Source: Octopus bimaculoides (Eukaryota). From it: 64,000 bases of DNA. The notes under the pieces are model-generated. The model worked only from the letters and a program-made list of their open reading frames with translations. It had not been told where the DNA came from and did not search any database. Positions 1-13,970 of this stretch are shown piece after piece; position 1 is the stretch's first letter; each line of letters starts with the position of its first letter. The position numbers and the translations under genes are program-made. The stretch covers positions 63,835,456-63,899,455 of the forward strand of contig NC_068992.1 of NCBI RefSeq assembly GCF_001194135.2, read 5' to 3'.

Positions 1-819
1 GAAACTGGTAAAGCCAGAAGCCACAGCTGGCTCCGTGGTCTGTTTTGACATGGTTTCTACAGCTGGATGCTCTTCCTAATACCTATCATTTTACAGACTG
101 TACTGGAAGGTTTTTTCATGCAGCATCAGTGCTTTTTCACATGGCACCCAGCATTGGTGCTTCTTTTTTCTATGTGACACCAGCACTGGAAATTCTTTTT
201 TATGTGACACCAGCACCTGTGATTTTGATTATATAAAAAAAAGCCCCAGTGCTACGTCACTGGGGCTTTATCACATGACACCAGTACCGGTACTTTTTCA
301 CATGACATCAGCACTTTCGACATGATGCCACCACTGGTGCTTTTTAACGTGACACTCACAAGGTCACCAACCACCTTCCAAGACATTAAAACTTTAATAG
401 ATTATTTATAATATAAATATCGCTATTTCACATCTTACAAGTCAGAAGCATTATACTCATGTAAGAAAACATTATTCATTACCGTAGAAACTGGATTTAA
501 ATTTAATTACAGAGAAAAACTCGATGTTTTGTCACACAAATTACATTATACAACATTGTTCAGATATTAGCTATTGTTAGATGATTCAATTTACAGAAGC
601 AGCTGTTTGTGGAGACAATTGAATGAAATTCACTGGAAATGAATGAGTAAACCAGTCTTACAACAATCATATTTGCTAATACAATGTCATCTTTTTCTAG
701 TTTATAGAACAAGTAAACCAAGAACAGTCCTGTTGAACTGATTATAACAAAGTAATTTGGAACTGTATATCTTTTAAGAATGAATATAAATGAACAAAAA
801 GAAACAAAATAAAACAGTA

Positions 820-1200
820 GGCATGGCTGTGTGATTAAGAGGCTCACTCTGCAACCACTTGGTTTCAGGTTCAGTCCCACTGCACAGCACCTTGGGCATC
901 TTCTGTGATAGTCCCGAGGCCAACCAATGCTTTGTGAGTGAATTTAGTAGATGGAAATTGTGTGGAAACCTATCGTGTGTGTGCCTTTAGGACCATCACA
1001 CACACATGCTTGACAACCAGAGTTGATTTGTTTACGTTCCCATAACCTAGCAGTTCAGCAAAAGTGACTGATGGAATAAGTACCCGACTTCAAAAAACAA
1101 ATACCTATGTGATGGGGTCAATTTGTTCAACTAAAATCCTTCAAGGTGGAGCCCCAGCTTGGCCACAGTCTAATGACTGAAATAAGTATATGATAAAAGT
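820..1200 (+). mobile_element. tRNA-derived SINE, family B (GGCATGGCTGTGTG...GGTTCAGTCCCACTGC...CCTTGGGC)
   Basis: B-box-like GGTTCAGTCCC and internal (GT)n. Other copies: 6841-7210, 32200-32470, 41120-41270 (+); 31735-32055, 33290-33470, 34390-34742, 46025-46372, 52870-53240, 55040-55190 (-). Confidence 0.85.
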
Positions 1201-2344
1201 AAAAGAATCTAAAATTTTCTCAACTAAAATGTTGAACATTTTATAATAAAAATCCTGCAACAACTAGTCAACCATGAAGAACAAAAACCTTATGGTTGAC
1301 TTCAGGCAATGATCTTTCAGGAAAATCAAATTAATTTTCAGGACAGATTAAGATGGTTAATGTTCAGCTCCCAAATCAGCTCTGTTCATGCAGACATATA
1401 GCCAAAAATATTATAACTTTGAAAATCCCCTCCCTTCAGGTATCCATACCTGTGCCTGTATTATATACACAATAATTAAAATAATGTAATTTACTGCAAT
1501 TTGTTATGTGTGTGATTCCCTGCTTCAAGTGAAAATTGTCTTGCTTGAAACTGGTCCACAGTGCGAAAAAAAAAGGTTGGGGGCACTGCTCTAAGGAACA
1601 GAGTAAATGGCTAGTTTATGCAAACAAAATAAATATTGCTTCTGTATAGGAACCAGTGTTTCTTTCTACCTCTGTGCAAGAACCATAATGTGGAACCTGT
1701 CTAAAGAATACTTATAATTGGAATGGATAAAACATTTTCTTATTTTTCGGCATACAAGTCAAATTCTTGCAGACTGAAATGTACAGCCTCAAAAAGGAAG
1801 GCTGACATACACCAAGACAACATCAGTGGGCCAAAAATTCTATGTGAAATGCAGAAGGATTTGGAAAGATAGTGACAATACTTGCCTGATAGTGACAATA
1901 TTTGCATGCACAATATATTAAGTCAGCTTGTATGCCATAAAATAAAATATTGACGAATTAGATACAAAAAACTTACTTGGATTGGACAATTAGAGAACAC
2001 AGGTATTACTTTAATGGTTGATTTATAATTGAGATAGTATTGATGTATTGATATCAATAGATAAAGAGATGATGCATATAAAGTAGAACACAAAGAAAAC
2101 CTTAATTATAAGGTCATAATTAAGATTATTAATTTTTCAAACTATTATCTTCATCTTTAGTAGAATTGAAAGTTTTAAAATCTATTTTGAATATACATTA
2201 TTACTCTTTAAAATAACAGGTTGCCAATTCTAAATTAATGTAATCTTGTAATCGATACACATTCAGGCACAAAGCATCTGATGACACATGAACAATCAAA
2301 CTGAATGAAACAGTATAGATATAAACGAGAAACAGTTTTCTTGT

Positions 2345-2660
2345 CATCATCATCATCATCATCATTTAACATCTGTTGTCCATGCTGGCATGGGTTGGAC
2401 GGTTTGACCAGGGCTGGCAAGCTGGGGAGCTGCACCAGGCTCCAGGCTGATTTGGCACGATTTCTACAGCTGGATGCCCTTCCTAATGCCAACCATTCCA
2501 AGAGTGTAATGGGTGCTTTTACATGCCACCCACATGGGTGCCATTTGTGTGACACCAGTATCTGCCACAATTACAATTTTATTTGGCTGGATGGGTCTTC
2601 TTCTCAAGCATGACATAACACCAATGGTCTCAATCATTTATCATTGCCTCTATGAGGCCC
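2345..2660 (-). mobile_element. Short 5'-truncated RTE 3' end
   Basis: CATCAT tail, GGATGCCCTTCCTAATGCCAACC, ending in the ORF-terminal TCATTGCCTCTATGAGGCCC seen at 48543. Similar copies at 2775-2990, 18600-18880, 23520-23700, 54610-54900 (-) and 4400-4630, 10100-10260, 12380-12550, 27140-27420, 40050-40195, 47140-47355, 55570-55790, 59835-60060, 60770-60920 (+). Confidence 0.8.
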
Positions 2661-5138
2661 AGTTTGAAGAAAATTATAATTTTATGAACAACATATTGTC
2701 CCAAGCGTTTAATTCATCCACAAAAATTTCCCACCTCCTCTCATCCAGAGCCAATACTACACAAGCAATGTACCATCATCATCATCAGCAGCAGCAAACA
2801 TCCTTTTTCCATGCTGGTAAGGGTTGGACAGTTTGCCAGGATCTGGAGATCTGCTTGAGCTCCAATGTTAGCTTTGGTGTGGTTTCTATGGCTGGATACC
2901 CTTCCTAACACTAACCACTTTACAGTGTGTACTGGGTGCCTTTTTTTTTTCATGCCACCAGCACTGGTGAGGTTTCCAAGTAACTTGAAAGACAGGAAAA
3001 GAAAAAAAGAAAAAGCTCCCCCACCTGAAGTGGGAGGGAAGAGAGTATTTGGTGGGGGCGAAGGTGGGTTTAGACCAATAGAGGGACAAACTTAAGGGAT
3101 ACATGGCTGCCGCACATTATATGGGGGTGGGTAGGAGTAGTTAAGAAGATGAAGATGGTAAGATGTAGTTCCAGATCAAACTCAAGGTACAGGAAGGTGA
3201 GCGTAAGGGATGATACAGACAGTGGGACAGAGGAAAAGAGAGATTGGGTGCCTTCGTAAGTGCATGAGGGAATGGCAACAGATGGTTAGAAATAAGGGAG
3301 TGCGGTAGAGGAGATATTGTCTATTACATATTACAACTATGAATGAGACTTCCAAGAAAAATCCTACAAGGTGGAAACAAAACTGCTCTCAAAGCAGGGG
3401 GATTTAACTAAAGTTCAGGTGGGACTAGACTTAACCATTAATGAAGTCTTTTCAATAAAGATGATAGCAGAACAGAAAATTTTCAAGTGGTTTTTCCTTT
3501 TGTAGACATAATGGTTAGGGTGAAATACAAAGAAAGATAGCTTTGGTGAAGATTATGAAAACGAATGAACCTGATGTCTAATCTCAGGTCATCTGTGTTT
3601 GACTGGTAAATTTTCATAAATATTCGATATTCCCTAAGTGCCAGACTGACCAGATAACGATGTTATATAAAGCTATGATAAGACTAATCAGCTAATGAAA
3701 GGAGTTTTTCTGCCTTCTTTATCAGCAAATACACTTAGGACAGAGCAGACTCTGCTAAAAGGTGCCCAAAGATTCAGTGATACCAACCTGGCCAAAACCG
3801 GCTCTGGCTCTGTAGTACAAATGTCTTATTTCCATAAGTTTTGAATTAAAATCTTCCACCAAACTTTAGTCACAATTTATGTTTCTAACATCAGCTTAAT
3901 GATAGATTATTTTACTAAATTCTTTGTTATATTTAAAATTAATTGAAAGAAACACAGAGCATCTCAAAATAAATATGACAACAAAAGGGTTAAGTAGGGT
4001 GATGGATTAAGTCTACCACCCAAAGTGGCTAAGGTGAGATTTGAACTCAAACACAAAGAACTAGAACAAACATCATAAAGTAACCTGCCTGATACTATAA
4101 TCATTTTGTCCATTCATTTATTCTCTGAAATAACCAGATTTAGAATTGACCATGTGTACTAACAATATACACTTATATAAGTTATTTTCACTGAAGGAAT
4201 TCTATAAATATTCTCTCTACCTAACTTCCTGTGCCTTGAGGGGTACATCTTGATACCTTATCTCCACCATCCTTACCCCCTTTCTTGCTGGGGTGGCCAT
4301 ATGTCTCCTCTGCAGCAAAACACCTCTTCCAGTCTTTCTTTCCTACTTTAGCTTCTCTACATCTGGCACAAAGCCACTTCCCTAAACATTGTATCCCTAC
4401 TCTGACAAGGGGTCTTATTTTGCAAGTTATTTGGTGGCCTCACTAGTGCTGGTTCCACAAAAAAAAATGTACCCAGTGCTCCCTGTAAAGTGGTAGGTAT
4501 TAGAAAGGGTATCCAGCTGTAGAAGCCTTGCCAAAGCAGACAATGGAGACCAGCTCTACCCTCAGGCTAATCAGATCCTATCAAACCATCCAACCATTAG
4601 CATGGAACACAAATGTTAAAGGATGATGATATTAGGAAAAAGATGAACAAGTGACTCTTTCATATATTTTATAAGAGGGAAAGAAAAACCCTTTATAGGT
4701 TACAACCCTAGATTGGTGAAATTTGTGCACTTGAGATGTTCAAGTTAAACATCTGCTGCAGGGGTCCATTGTAAGAAGAAAAAATGAAACTCCACCAGTG
4801 AACTTTGATTCTGGAAGACTGATAACAGGAGGATAACATGTGAGAAAAGAGGATATTCCATATTTTCCAGCATACAGGTCAAATTTTAGTAGATCAAAAT
4901 TTACAGCCAAAAACAATATAGGTCAACTTATACAGCATGATGACTTTGGAGGACCTTAAATTCCATGTGAAATGCAACAAGGTTTGGAAAGGTAGTGATG
5001 ACATTTGAATGTTTACACAATATCCTGCATCAACTTGCATATCGGAAAATATGATAGTTCACAGGAGCAAATACCATCATGGTAGTGACCGAAGAGGTAG
5101 CAGAGAGAAGAAACAGCACCTCAGAGCTATTTTGTATC

Positions 5139-5183
<45 letters not shown>

Positions 5184-6119
5184 TAGCACCACCACCACCT
5201 GTACTACCTCCGCAGATGTGAGCTGCACTCTAATGTCGTGGATTGGCTTACTTGACTTTTGAACTAATCTGTTACTACTAAAGAAAAACGTAAAATATGA
5301 CCTAACCTATATCTATCATGCTAACAAATAATGACAATATACAAAAATAAACAATTATCTGATGACACTAATGAGTAATTAGGAGATTATAGATTAACCC
5401 CTTGGAGACAAAACCAACTGGTGCTTCTAAACCAGTCAAGAGTAAACTGTGGCTCATGGTGTGGCCCTGATGATGATGAGCCATGTCTTGTATGACCTGC
5501 TGCTTGAAAAGGGCTCCCCTTGCCGTGCATGTGCATCTGTGTGGGTCACCCTCAAGGTGAGATAAAAAAGACTTTTCTGCTAATCACTTCCACGCATGTT
5601 TAGAAAGTCAGGAAACAATAACACCAAATGATGGGCCATCACTGAAATTACACAGACACAATTATCATAGAACTAAGATGCTCCATAATTAAACTCCTAC
5701 ATTGATTTTGACATATGATTGTTGATTGGCTTGTCTAGAGGAATATATCAATTCCAAGAACTGAAACTCTAACAATGTTTAAATTATAAAATTTCAAATT
5801 CTAACTTAGTGCTTCTCAGGTTAAACACCTACATTTGGTTTTGGTTTTGTTAATTTAAACATCAGCATTATGTTATGAAAGTTCTAATTTTTCTGGGTAA
5901 GTGCCAGCATAAACAGTATGTGAATGGAGCAATATTTACAAGAGAAATATGTAAACAAGTTGCCAACTAAACATGGCAGATTGAAGCTCTATCCATTCCG
6001 ACATCAAGCAAAAAATATCATGTGGTACATTCCACATTCAAATCCTACTAGATCTACTTTGTTGTTCATCCTTCAAAAGTCAAGAAAATACTTCTGGCAC
6101 AAGTGCTTTCCTGTGTGGC

Positions 6120-6530
6120 ACCGGCACAGGTGCCTTTTCACGTGACACTGGCACTGATTCCCCTTACATGACACCGGCACGGGTGTCCTTTACATGACAC
6201 CAGCACAAGTGTCCCTTACATGACACCAGCACAAGTGTTCCTTACATGACACAGACATAAGTTCCCCTTACATGACACAGACATAAGTTCCCCTTACATG
6301 ACACCGGCACAGGTGTCCCTTACATGACACAGGCACAGGTGTCCCTTACCTGACACCAGCACAGGTGTCCCTTACCTGACACCAGCACAGGTGTCCCTTA
6401 CCTGACACCAGCACAGGTGTCCCTTACCTGACACCAGCACAGGTGTCCCTTACCTGACACCAGCACAGGTGTCCCTTACCTGACACCAGCACAGGTGTCC
6501 CTTACATGACACCAGCATGGGTGCTTTCTA
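6120..6530 (+). repeat. 26-bp minisatellite (ACAGGTGTCCCTTACCTGACACCAGC), about 15 units
   Basis: Directly visible; near-identical units ~6335-6515, more diverged to the left. Confidence 0.92.
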
Positions 6531-6674
6531 CATGACAACACCAAACTGGATGCTTTTTACATGGAACCAACGCCTGCAAGCCCACAAGACAAAAACCTCT
6601 CAGTTGAGAGAGGGAGTGGGGGGCATGGCTGTAAAGGATATGCCTGTATTTATGAATGGCCACAATGTTACTTG

Positions 6675-6713
<39 letters not shown>

Positions 6714-7601
6714 AGCACACGCATAAAACCATAGATGTATCTCGATATATAAATATATTTATCATAAATTAAAAAAATAAACACATAGGTATATAAACAC
6801 TTATAAGCAAACACCCTACACAGACACACGCATGATTATAGGTGCAGGCGTGGTCATGTGGTTAGAAGTTCACTTCCTAACCACATGGTTCCTGGTTCAG
6901 TCCCACTACATGACACCTTGAGTAAGTGTCTTCTACTATAGCCTGAGGCCAACTAAAGCCTTGTGAGAGGATTTGGTGAACAGAAACTGAAAGAATTCCA
7001 CTCTGTGTGTGTGTGTGTGTGTTTGAGTTTGTCCACCACTACCGCATTAACAACTAGTGTTGACATGTTCACATCCCCCATAACTAAGCGGTTCAGCAAA
7101 ATAAACTGATAGAATAAGTGCCAGGCTTAAGAAAAAAAGTGTAGTGGTCAATTGATTAAATTAAATTTCTTCAAGGCATTGCCCCAGCATTAAAAGATAA
7201 ACCATTAAAAGATAAATCTATATATATTTAGCATTCAGATTATTTTGTCAAATGTAATCATTTATTCACATTGTTTTGAATTAATCATGGATTGCCTTGA
7301 AGCTTCAAGATTTCAATGAGGTCATTGTATAGTTTTCAAATGACATTGTAGGGTAGGTGTGAGAGGCTGAATCTGGTCAGTTTGAACATAAAACAGGTGG
7401 AATATTTGGGCTGGATTTGGCTGGTTTAAATGCTGAAGGATTTAACAAATATATTGATCAGGTACATCCCAGTTTTGGAGTATGCACATCATATTCCTGC
7501 TTGTTATAAAACAAAATTATGTAACAAAGTGGGTATTTGCCTATAATACAATGCATCAGTGAACCTGTGAACTATGCCAATGAGAAAAGTAGTGGATATA
7601 T

Positions 7602-7650
<49 letters not shown>

Positions 7651-7866
7651 GGTGGTGAGCTGGCAGAATCGTTAGCATGCCAGGCAAAATGCTTAGCCAT
7701 ATTTCGTCTGCCACTATGTTCTGAGATCAAATCCTGCCGAGGTCGACTTTGCCTTTCATCCTTTCGGGGTTGATTAATTAAGTACCAGTTGAGTACTGGG
7801 GTCGATCTAATTGACTATTCCTCTCCCCAAAATTTCAAGCCTTGTGCCTATAGTAGAAAGGATTAT
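7651..7866 (+). mobile_element. tRNA-derived SINE, family A (GGTGGTGAGCTGGCAGAATCGTTAGC...)
   Basis: Pol III A/B-box-like head (TGAGATCAAATCC / GAGTTCAAATTCC), inserted after (TA)n. Further copies at 17641-17865, 34079-34310, 37925-38140, 55822-56030, 57152-57355, 62185-62330 (+) and 53368-53520 (-). Confidence 0.85.
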
Positions 7867-8325
7867 ATATATATATATAATTATATAATGTTCACATATA
7901 TATTCATGTGTATATACACACACACTCATACACATAGTTACTGTAAATAAAACATACACAAACACCTACAATCGTAAATGAACATACATGCTACATGTAT
8001 GTATGTATATATATATATAAACAGGGTTAAATTACTAGCAAAACACTAGAAAGGTTGCTAATGTTTTTTCCTAGAGTTATTTGTAAGCAAAAAAATTTTT
8101 TTTAAAGAACCATTCAACATGACCTATTTGTACTGGTTAAGTCTTCCCTGGATGTATTAAAATATTCAAACAAAACATAAGAATAAAGAGATTAATGGTT
8201 TCAAATAAACTAAAACAGAGATAGTTTTCTTTTTGACAAATAATAGAAAGAGAATTAACGATCAGTTGAACAAAATGAATGGAATTCTAAATATAACATT
8301 TCTTGGTTACACTCATCAAAACATT

Positions 8326-8369
<44 letters not shown>

Positions 8370-8519
8370 CTGTGGAAGATTCATTGCTATCAAAATATAT
8401 ACTTTGAAATTTTTTTTTTTTTGTTTATATATATGCACACACACACACACATACATACACATGTACTTACACACCAATATATTCAAACACACCCATATAA
8501 ATATACATACAGTGTGTAA

Positions 8520-10080
8520 GAGAAAATTCTGCTGGTATGGTCATGTGATGTGTATGGATGAGAACAGCTGTATAAAGTGGCAATCACTTAAAATTGATGG
8601 AACTTGTGGGAGAGAGAGAGACCCCAGAAGACACTCCATGCATCTCATCTCCCTACCAACCCACCCTTCCCCAACAACCATCCCTCCCTGACACATTATA
8701 TCCCCTAACCCTTTGTACCTCAGGTTCATATCTTCCTTCCTTTCCCTGAGCCCCCAGCTATTCTTGCTCCTCTTCTGCCATGCTTCATCTGAACATCTTG
8801 AATCAGCTATTATTCCTAGGGCACTCCATCTCTGCCACCACACCCTCTCACTATAACTACCCTTCCGACACCTCTACATCTGTATCTACTTTAATTCCAT
8901 CTACTTTAAGTGACCAGCACTTTTTCCCGCAGCTGTCCTCGTTGATATGCATTCCATAACTAAACCAGTGCAGTCTTCTCTCTTGCACACTCCATCTGAT
9001 TTCTCTTGCACATAACTTTTCTCTCACTACATTAGCACTTTGTCATACATGCACACAGACACTGCATTTTCAATAAAGCATGCTAGCTTCATTCCTCTCT
9101 AGACTTCACATGTCCTCTGCATTCAGGGCCCACATCTCTACCATGTAGTGTAACTGTTTGTAAACAAGCATCATACAATCTGCCTTTCACTCAGACAGGC
9201 CTTTTGTTGCCAACAGAGGCCTAATAGTTCTCTGAACTTTCTCCATCCCATTCTCATTCTGGCAACTACACTTGAAGAACATCCCCCTCCACTGCTAATT
9301 AGATCACTCAGGTAAGAGAAACTACCACCTCCAGGGCATTTGAGAAGATTTGTTATTCATGGGTCTTTTGTGTTCATTACTCCTGCACATCCTTTGCCAT
9401 AAGCACTACTTGTTTTGTTAGCCTTCCTGTAATTACATTGCACTTTTTGTATGTCCATAATTTGCCCTGGGTACATCGTATGGAGTTCCTGTCAATACCT
9501 TTCCCACATATTGAGCAGGGACATTTACCTAATTAGACCAGGCTATAACTCTCTCAGTAACTTTCATGATCTGGTCCAGCAATTTGATACCTCTGTAATT
9601 ATTTCTATGTAAGGTATCGTCTTTACCCTTGAGCTGACTATAATGTTACTTTTTTAGTCATTGGGTAGGACACCTTCCTGAATAACCTGATTAACTAATA
9701 AAGGTGGCAAGGCTATATCCTCCTCTACCATCCTCTTATACCAAGTTTTTCTCTCAACAAATTTCTACTTTGTCAAACATGCACACTGATGTTGCACGTC
9801 CAATAAAGCCTACTAATTTCATTCCTCTTTCGTCTTCACATATCCTCTGCATTCAGGATCCATGTCTCACTAGCATCTAACATTGCTATTCATACATAAG
9901 CATCATTGCCTTTCACTTTGACAGAGAGAGAGAGGGAGAGCTTTTGTTACCAACAGAAGTAGTAGTTCTCTGAATTGTCTCCATCCTGTTCTGTGTTAGG
10001 CAACTATACTTTCAGAATATCCTCCTCCACAGTACACATCAAGGTTGCAGTCGACAGAGCTTATGTTCTCAGCACATTGC
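8520..10080. mobile_element. Cluster of degenerate RTE LINE fragments (mostly - strand; short + strand piece 8520-8640)
   Basis: WYGHVMCMDENSCIK (+, ~8535); KGKDDTLHRNNYRGIKLLD (-, ~9575-9630); 8850-9350 and 9760-10050 resemble 49200-49620. Confidence 0.8.
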
Positions 10081-10259
10081 TGTACGACAGAGAGACCTGG
10101 AATATCTCTCGGAGTGGTTGGCATTAGGAAAGGCATCCAGCTGTAAGAAACCTTACCAGTTCAGATCAGAGCCTGGTGCAGCTTTCTGGTTTGCCAGTCC
10201 TCAGTCAAACTGTGCAACACATGCCAGCATGGAAAGTGGACATTAAATGACAATGATGA

Positions 10260-10640
10260 TGGAGGAGCAACGTCTTAATATCTTCCACATATGCAACCTG
10301 AAACACATTCTGAACATCAAGTGGACTGACCAAGTCGCATGCAGAGACCCAACCTTCTCGTTCCACTGCCACAAAGACCCTTCTCCTGGCTGGGCCATAT
10401 AAACCAGATGCCTGATGGGAAGGTCCTAAAAGACCTGCTAAATGGTGAGCTGGCCTCCAGTAAGAGAACACAAGAGGACTTCATCTTCATTGCCCTTTAA
10501 ATGAATGTTAAAAAGCAGGACATTGCTGACGATCGATCCTGCTGAAAACTACAACTAGAGAAGGGTTTAAAGAGACATGAGCAGAGGCAGACAAGACAAA
10601 AGAAAAGCAAATTTAATGAAGAAATTGTACCAAAAGAAAA
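10260..10640 (+). mobile_element. RTE (BovB-like) 3' ORF relic
   Basis: EQRLNIFHICNLKHILNIKWTD... followed by frameshifted remnants resembling WLGH..RMPDGKVPKDLL.GELASSKR. Confidence 0.6.
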
Positions 10641-11293
10641 CTTGACAAACGGAGCCCTCATGTGTGTAGCCAGTGCAACCAAGACGGTTACTCACATTTT
10701 GGTGTCTACAGTCACAACAGATGCTGTTCTACCAACAAAACTAAAACAAGATTTTCTAAGTGCAGATACAGGAACTTGAGAGATTAACAGATGCTTCCAC
10801 ATATATACATGTACACCAGGGACGTGCCACCTAGGTACACAGTGCCTACCTTGAATGAAATAGATCGATAGCAACATTTTCCTTTTATGGCAAAATATGG
10901 ACCTAGTTCAATAAAATTATGAAGGTTACTCTGATTACTATGCATAAAACACAAAATATATATTTTTTTGTAGATTAGGTAGGCATAATTCACCCCTGCA
11001 TTTCAATCTTAGTATTTAAGCTACACATAAGACTGCTGTAGTACACATCCTACAATGCCATTTTCTTTACGCACTATAAAGGCAGAAGTAAATCTGCCTC
11101 CAACTCAGTCACGTACTTGTGTTTCGCTTACTTTTTGTGCGTTTTACTAGTCATAAACTTTTATACCCACGTGTGTGATACAAACTATCCCACAGCAAAC
11201 TTACCCTATATTATTATTATATATATATACATATATAACGAGTTCAAACAAGAAAAACGACAAAAAACATTTATATATATATATATATATATT

Positions 11294-11640
11294 GTGAAGA
11301 TGCATGGCTCAGTGGTTAGGGCATTTGGCTCAAAATCATAAGGTAGTGAGTTTGATTCCCTGACCAGGCTGTATGTTACGTTCTTGAGCAAGACACTTTA
11401 TTTCATGTTGCTCCAGTTCACTCAGCCGTAGAAATGAGTTGCGAAGTCACTGGTGTCAAGTTGTATTGAACTTGGCCTTTCCCTTGGATAACATCAGTGG
11501 CATGGAGAGGAGGAGGCTGGAATGCATGGGTGACTGCAGGTCTTCCATAAACAACCTTGCCTGGATTTGTCCCTCAGAGGGAAACTTTCTAGGTTTCAAT
11601 CCCATGGTCATTCATGACCAAAGGAGGTCTTTACCCTTTT
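11294..11640 (+). mobile_element. tRNA-derived SINE, family D (GTGAAGATGCATGGCTCAGTGGTTAGGG...TTCTTGAGCAAGACACTT)
   Basis: A-box TGGCTCAGTGG, B-box-like GTTTGATTCCC. Related pieces at ~20430-20560, 21270-21490, 33587-33860 and 62345-62545. Confidence 0.75.
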
Positions 11641-12930
11641 AATATGTGTGCGTGTGTTTGTGCATATCTTTGTACCCCCCTCTCCCCCACCATCACTTGA
11701 CAACCGATGCTAGTGTGTTTACATCCCCGTAACTTAGCAGTTCAGCAAAACAGTTCGATAGAATAAGTACTAGGCTTACAAAGAATAAGTCCTGAGGTTG
11801 ATTTGTTCAACTAAAGGCAGTGCTCCAGCATGGTCGCAGTCAAATGACAAACAAATAAAAGAATATATATGTACATACACACAAAAAACATAATCTGTCC
11901 TCTGTCAAAACTCCCCCACAACCCATCTTCCCAACACCTCCCCATTTCACCACCCATGACCACCAACCACTGCAGACCCTTTCACACCCTCTCTCATATG
12001 CCTAAGTGCACACATTACCTGACCTCATATATCTACCATGCTTGCTAGCCACCTCTTCTCCATCACCATACAACTCCCCCTCACACTTTTAAGGAAAACA
12101 CCCTGTAAGCCTTTCTGTACCACTCATACTCCTCCCTGTGGGTAGGTCCTGATGCATCTCCAACACCATTTATTTCTTTCTCTTTCTTTCCCTACTGGGG
12201 CATCCAAGTATCTCCTTTAATAGTGAGACAACTATCTCTCTCTCTCTCTCTCTCTCTATTATACTGTAACCTTTCACCCTGCACACAGTCACTCCCCACC
12301 CAGTTCCACCCCCACAACACACCCCGCCCAACTGAGAGGTCTTCACCTCGCAAGTTATTTGGCAACCCTGCTAAAGCACCAGAGCTGGTGCCACATCAAA
12401 ACCACCCAGTACGTGCTGTAAAGTGGTTGGTATTAGGAAGGGCGTCCAGTCACAAAAACCATGCTAAAGCAAACCAGTGGAGTTTGGTGCAGTTCTCTAC
12501 CTTGACAGCTCTTGTTAGTCTAACCCATGCCAGCTTAGAAATGATGAGGGNNNNNNNNNNNNNNNNNNNNNNNNNNNNNNNNNNNNNNNNNNNNNNNNNN
12601 NNNNNNNNNNNNNNNNNNNNNNNNNNNNNNNNNATATATATATATATATATATATAATGTGTGTGTGTGTTTGTGTGTATCATCATCATTTAACGTCCGC
12701 TTTCCAAGGTGGCAGGGGTTAGACTGTTTGACAAGAGCTAGCATGACAGAATTCTGCACCAATCTCTACTGTCTGCTTTAGTATGGTCTCTATGGCTGGA
12801 TGCCGTTCCTGTATGTGTGTGTACGTGTACACACATACATGTATATACCTAACATTCCGCTGTACTCCTAGCGCGAAACTATGTGGTAAAATCGACAATG
12901 ATGGATACATATATAATACTGTAGACTTCG

Positions 12931-12975
<45 letters not shown>

Positions 12976-13554
12976 TATGCCTCAATGTGTATGTAAGCAA
13001 CTTATATATGTATACGTGAAGATGTATATACACACATAAGCAAATATGAACACATATGTAAACAATGTACGCACGCACACACACACACACACACACACAT
13101 ATATTTGCATCAATATGTACATGCATGCATGCAGGCAAAATACGACCTGATCGTGTAAGGCCGATGATCAAAGTCATTCAAGCGAAGACCATCTCGTCTC
13201 GTTTTCTTTCAAGACAACCCCATCCATTACATTACACAAAAACAAAATGTCCTCATTTATGATGGTGGCTGTTATTTGAGTGAGATTTGGCTGCGACTTC
13301 TAACAGGTCTCGTATCAGGTAGAGGTTGCATTGTTAACCACATTAACTGTTAATCTAAACAGGTTTCTATCTAACGAAATCATTTTTCACTGTTTATTTT
13401 TCCAAAACTATACACAGTTTCAGCCAGGGGTTAAAAAAAAGGGTGGGGGCTTCTCCGTGGTGGTAACTTCATTTGGTATATGTAATAGCAATGAAACGTC
13501 CTCGAATCACACTCTACTAACGGCACGCTAAATTATGTGGTCCAAAATATATAA

Positions 13555-13690
13555 TCATAAAAAGACAGGATGGTCACAGTTGAAATGACTTTGAGCGCAG
13601 GTGTGTTCGGGCAAGGTTGTCCAGCGAATCCTACGATGACCATCTTCCCCATCAAATGAGGATCCTTTGATAACCAAAATATCAAAGGAG
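13555..13690 (-). CDS. Candidate small gene, terminal coding exon (SFDILVIKGSSFDGEDGHRRIRWTTLPEHTCAQSHFNCDHPVFL*)
   Basis: Acceptor tctctgttgctgtttag|C; complex non-repetitive sequence between microsatellites; 1+45 codons ending TGA; AATAAA on the - strand at 13398-13393. Confidence 0.55.
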
Positions 13691-13726
13691 CTAAACAGCA
13701 ACAGAGATATATAAACAAAAAAGAAA

Positions 13727-13787
<61 letters not shown>
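13727..13787 (+). repeat. (GATA)n microsatellite
   Basis: Directly visible, in intron 2 of the candidate small gene. Confidence 0.95.
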
Positions 13788-13929
13788 CATACGCACGCAC
13801 ACATCCATCATTTACCTTTTGTTGTTTTATTTTCTGGCTTAATTTTCGGGTCTGGGGTATTTGTTTATTTTTAATTTTTTTGTGTGTTTGTGTTGTTGCT
13901 TTTTCACAATCTAGGGGCGATCTTATTAC

Positions 13930-13970
13930 CCAGAGGCCCCACGAAGACAATGAAATTTGATTTCATCCAT
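13930..13970 (-). CDS. Candidate small gene, coding exon 2 (MDEIKFHCLRGAS-G)
   Basis: tatgtag|ATGGAT...TCTGG|gtaata; 41 nt, phase 0 in and phase 2 out, compatible with both neighbours. Acceptor pyrimidine tract is weak. Confidence 0.5.

Noticed and set aside
5252-5277. Minus-strand 26-nt micro-exon-like segment (ttttctttag|...|gtaagc)
   Set aside because: Good splice signals but no recognisable protein and no partner exon in compatible phase.
6335-6515. Regular repeat array superficially like a CRISPR
   Set aside because: Contiguous tandem units with no unique spacers, in a eukaryotic context with no cas genes.
7651-7740. tRNA-like heads of SINEs as tRNA genes
   Set aside because: No complete cloverleaf; each continues into a SINE body.
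13533-13811. Alternative frame MGKMVIVGFAGQPCPNTPALK... of the terminal exon
   Set aside because: Not phase-compatible with the 41-nt upstream exon; cannot be fully excluded without transcripts.
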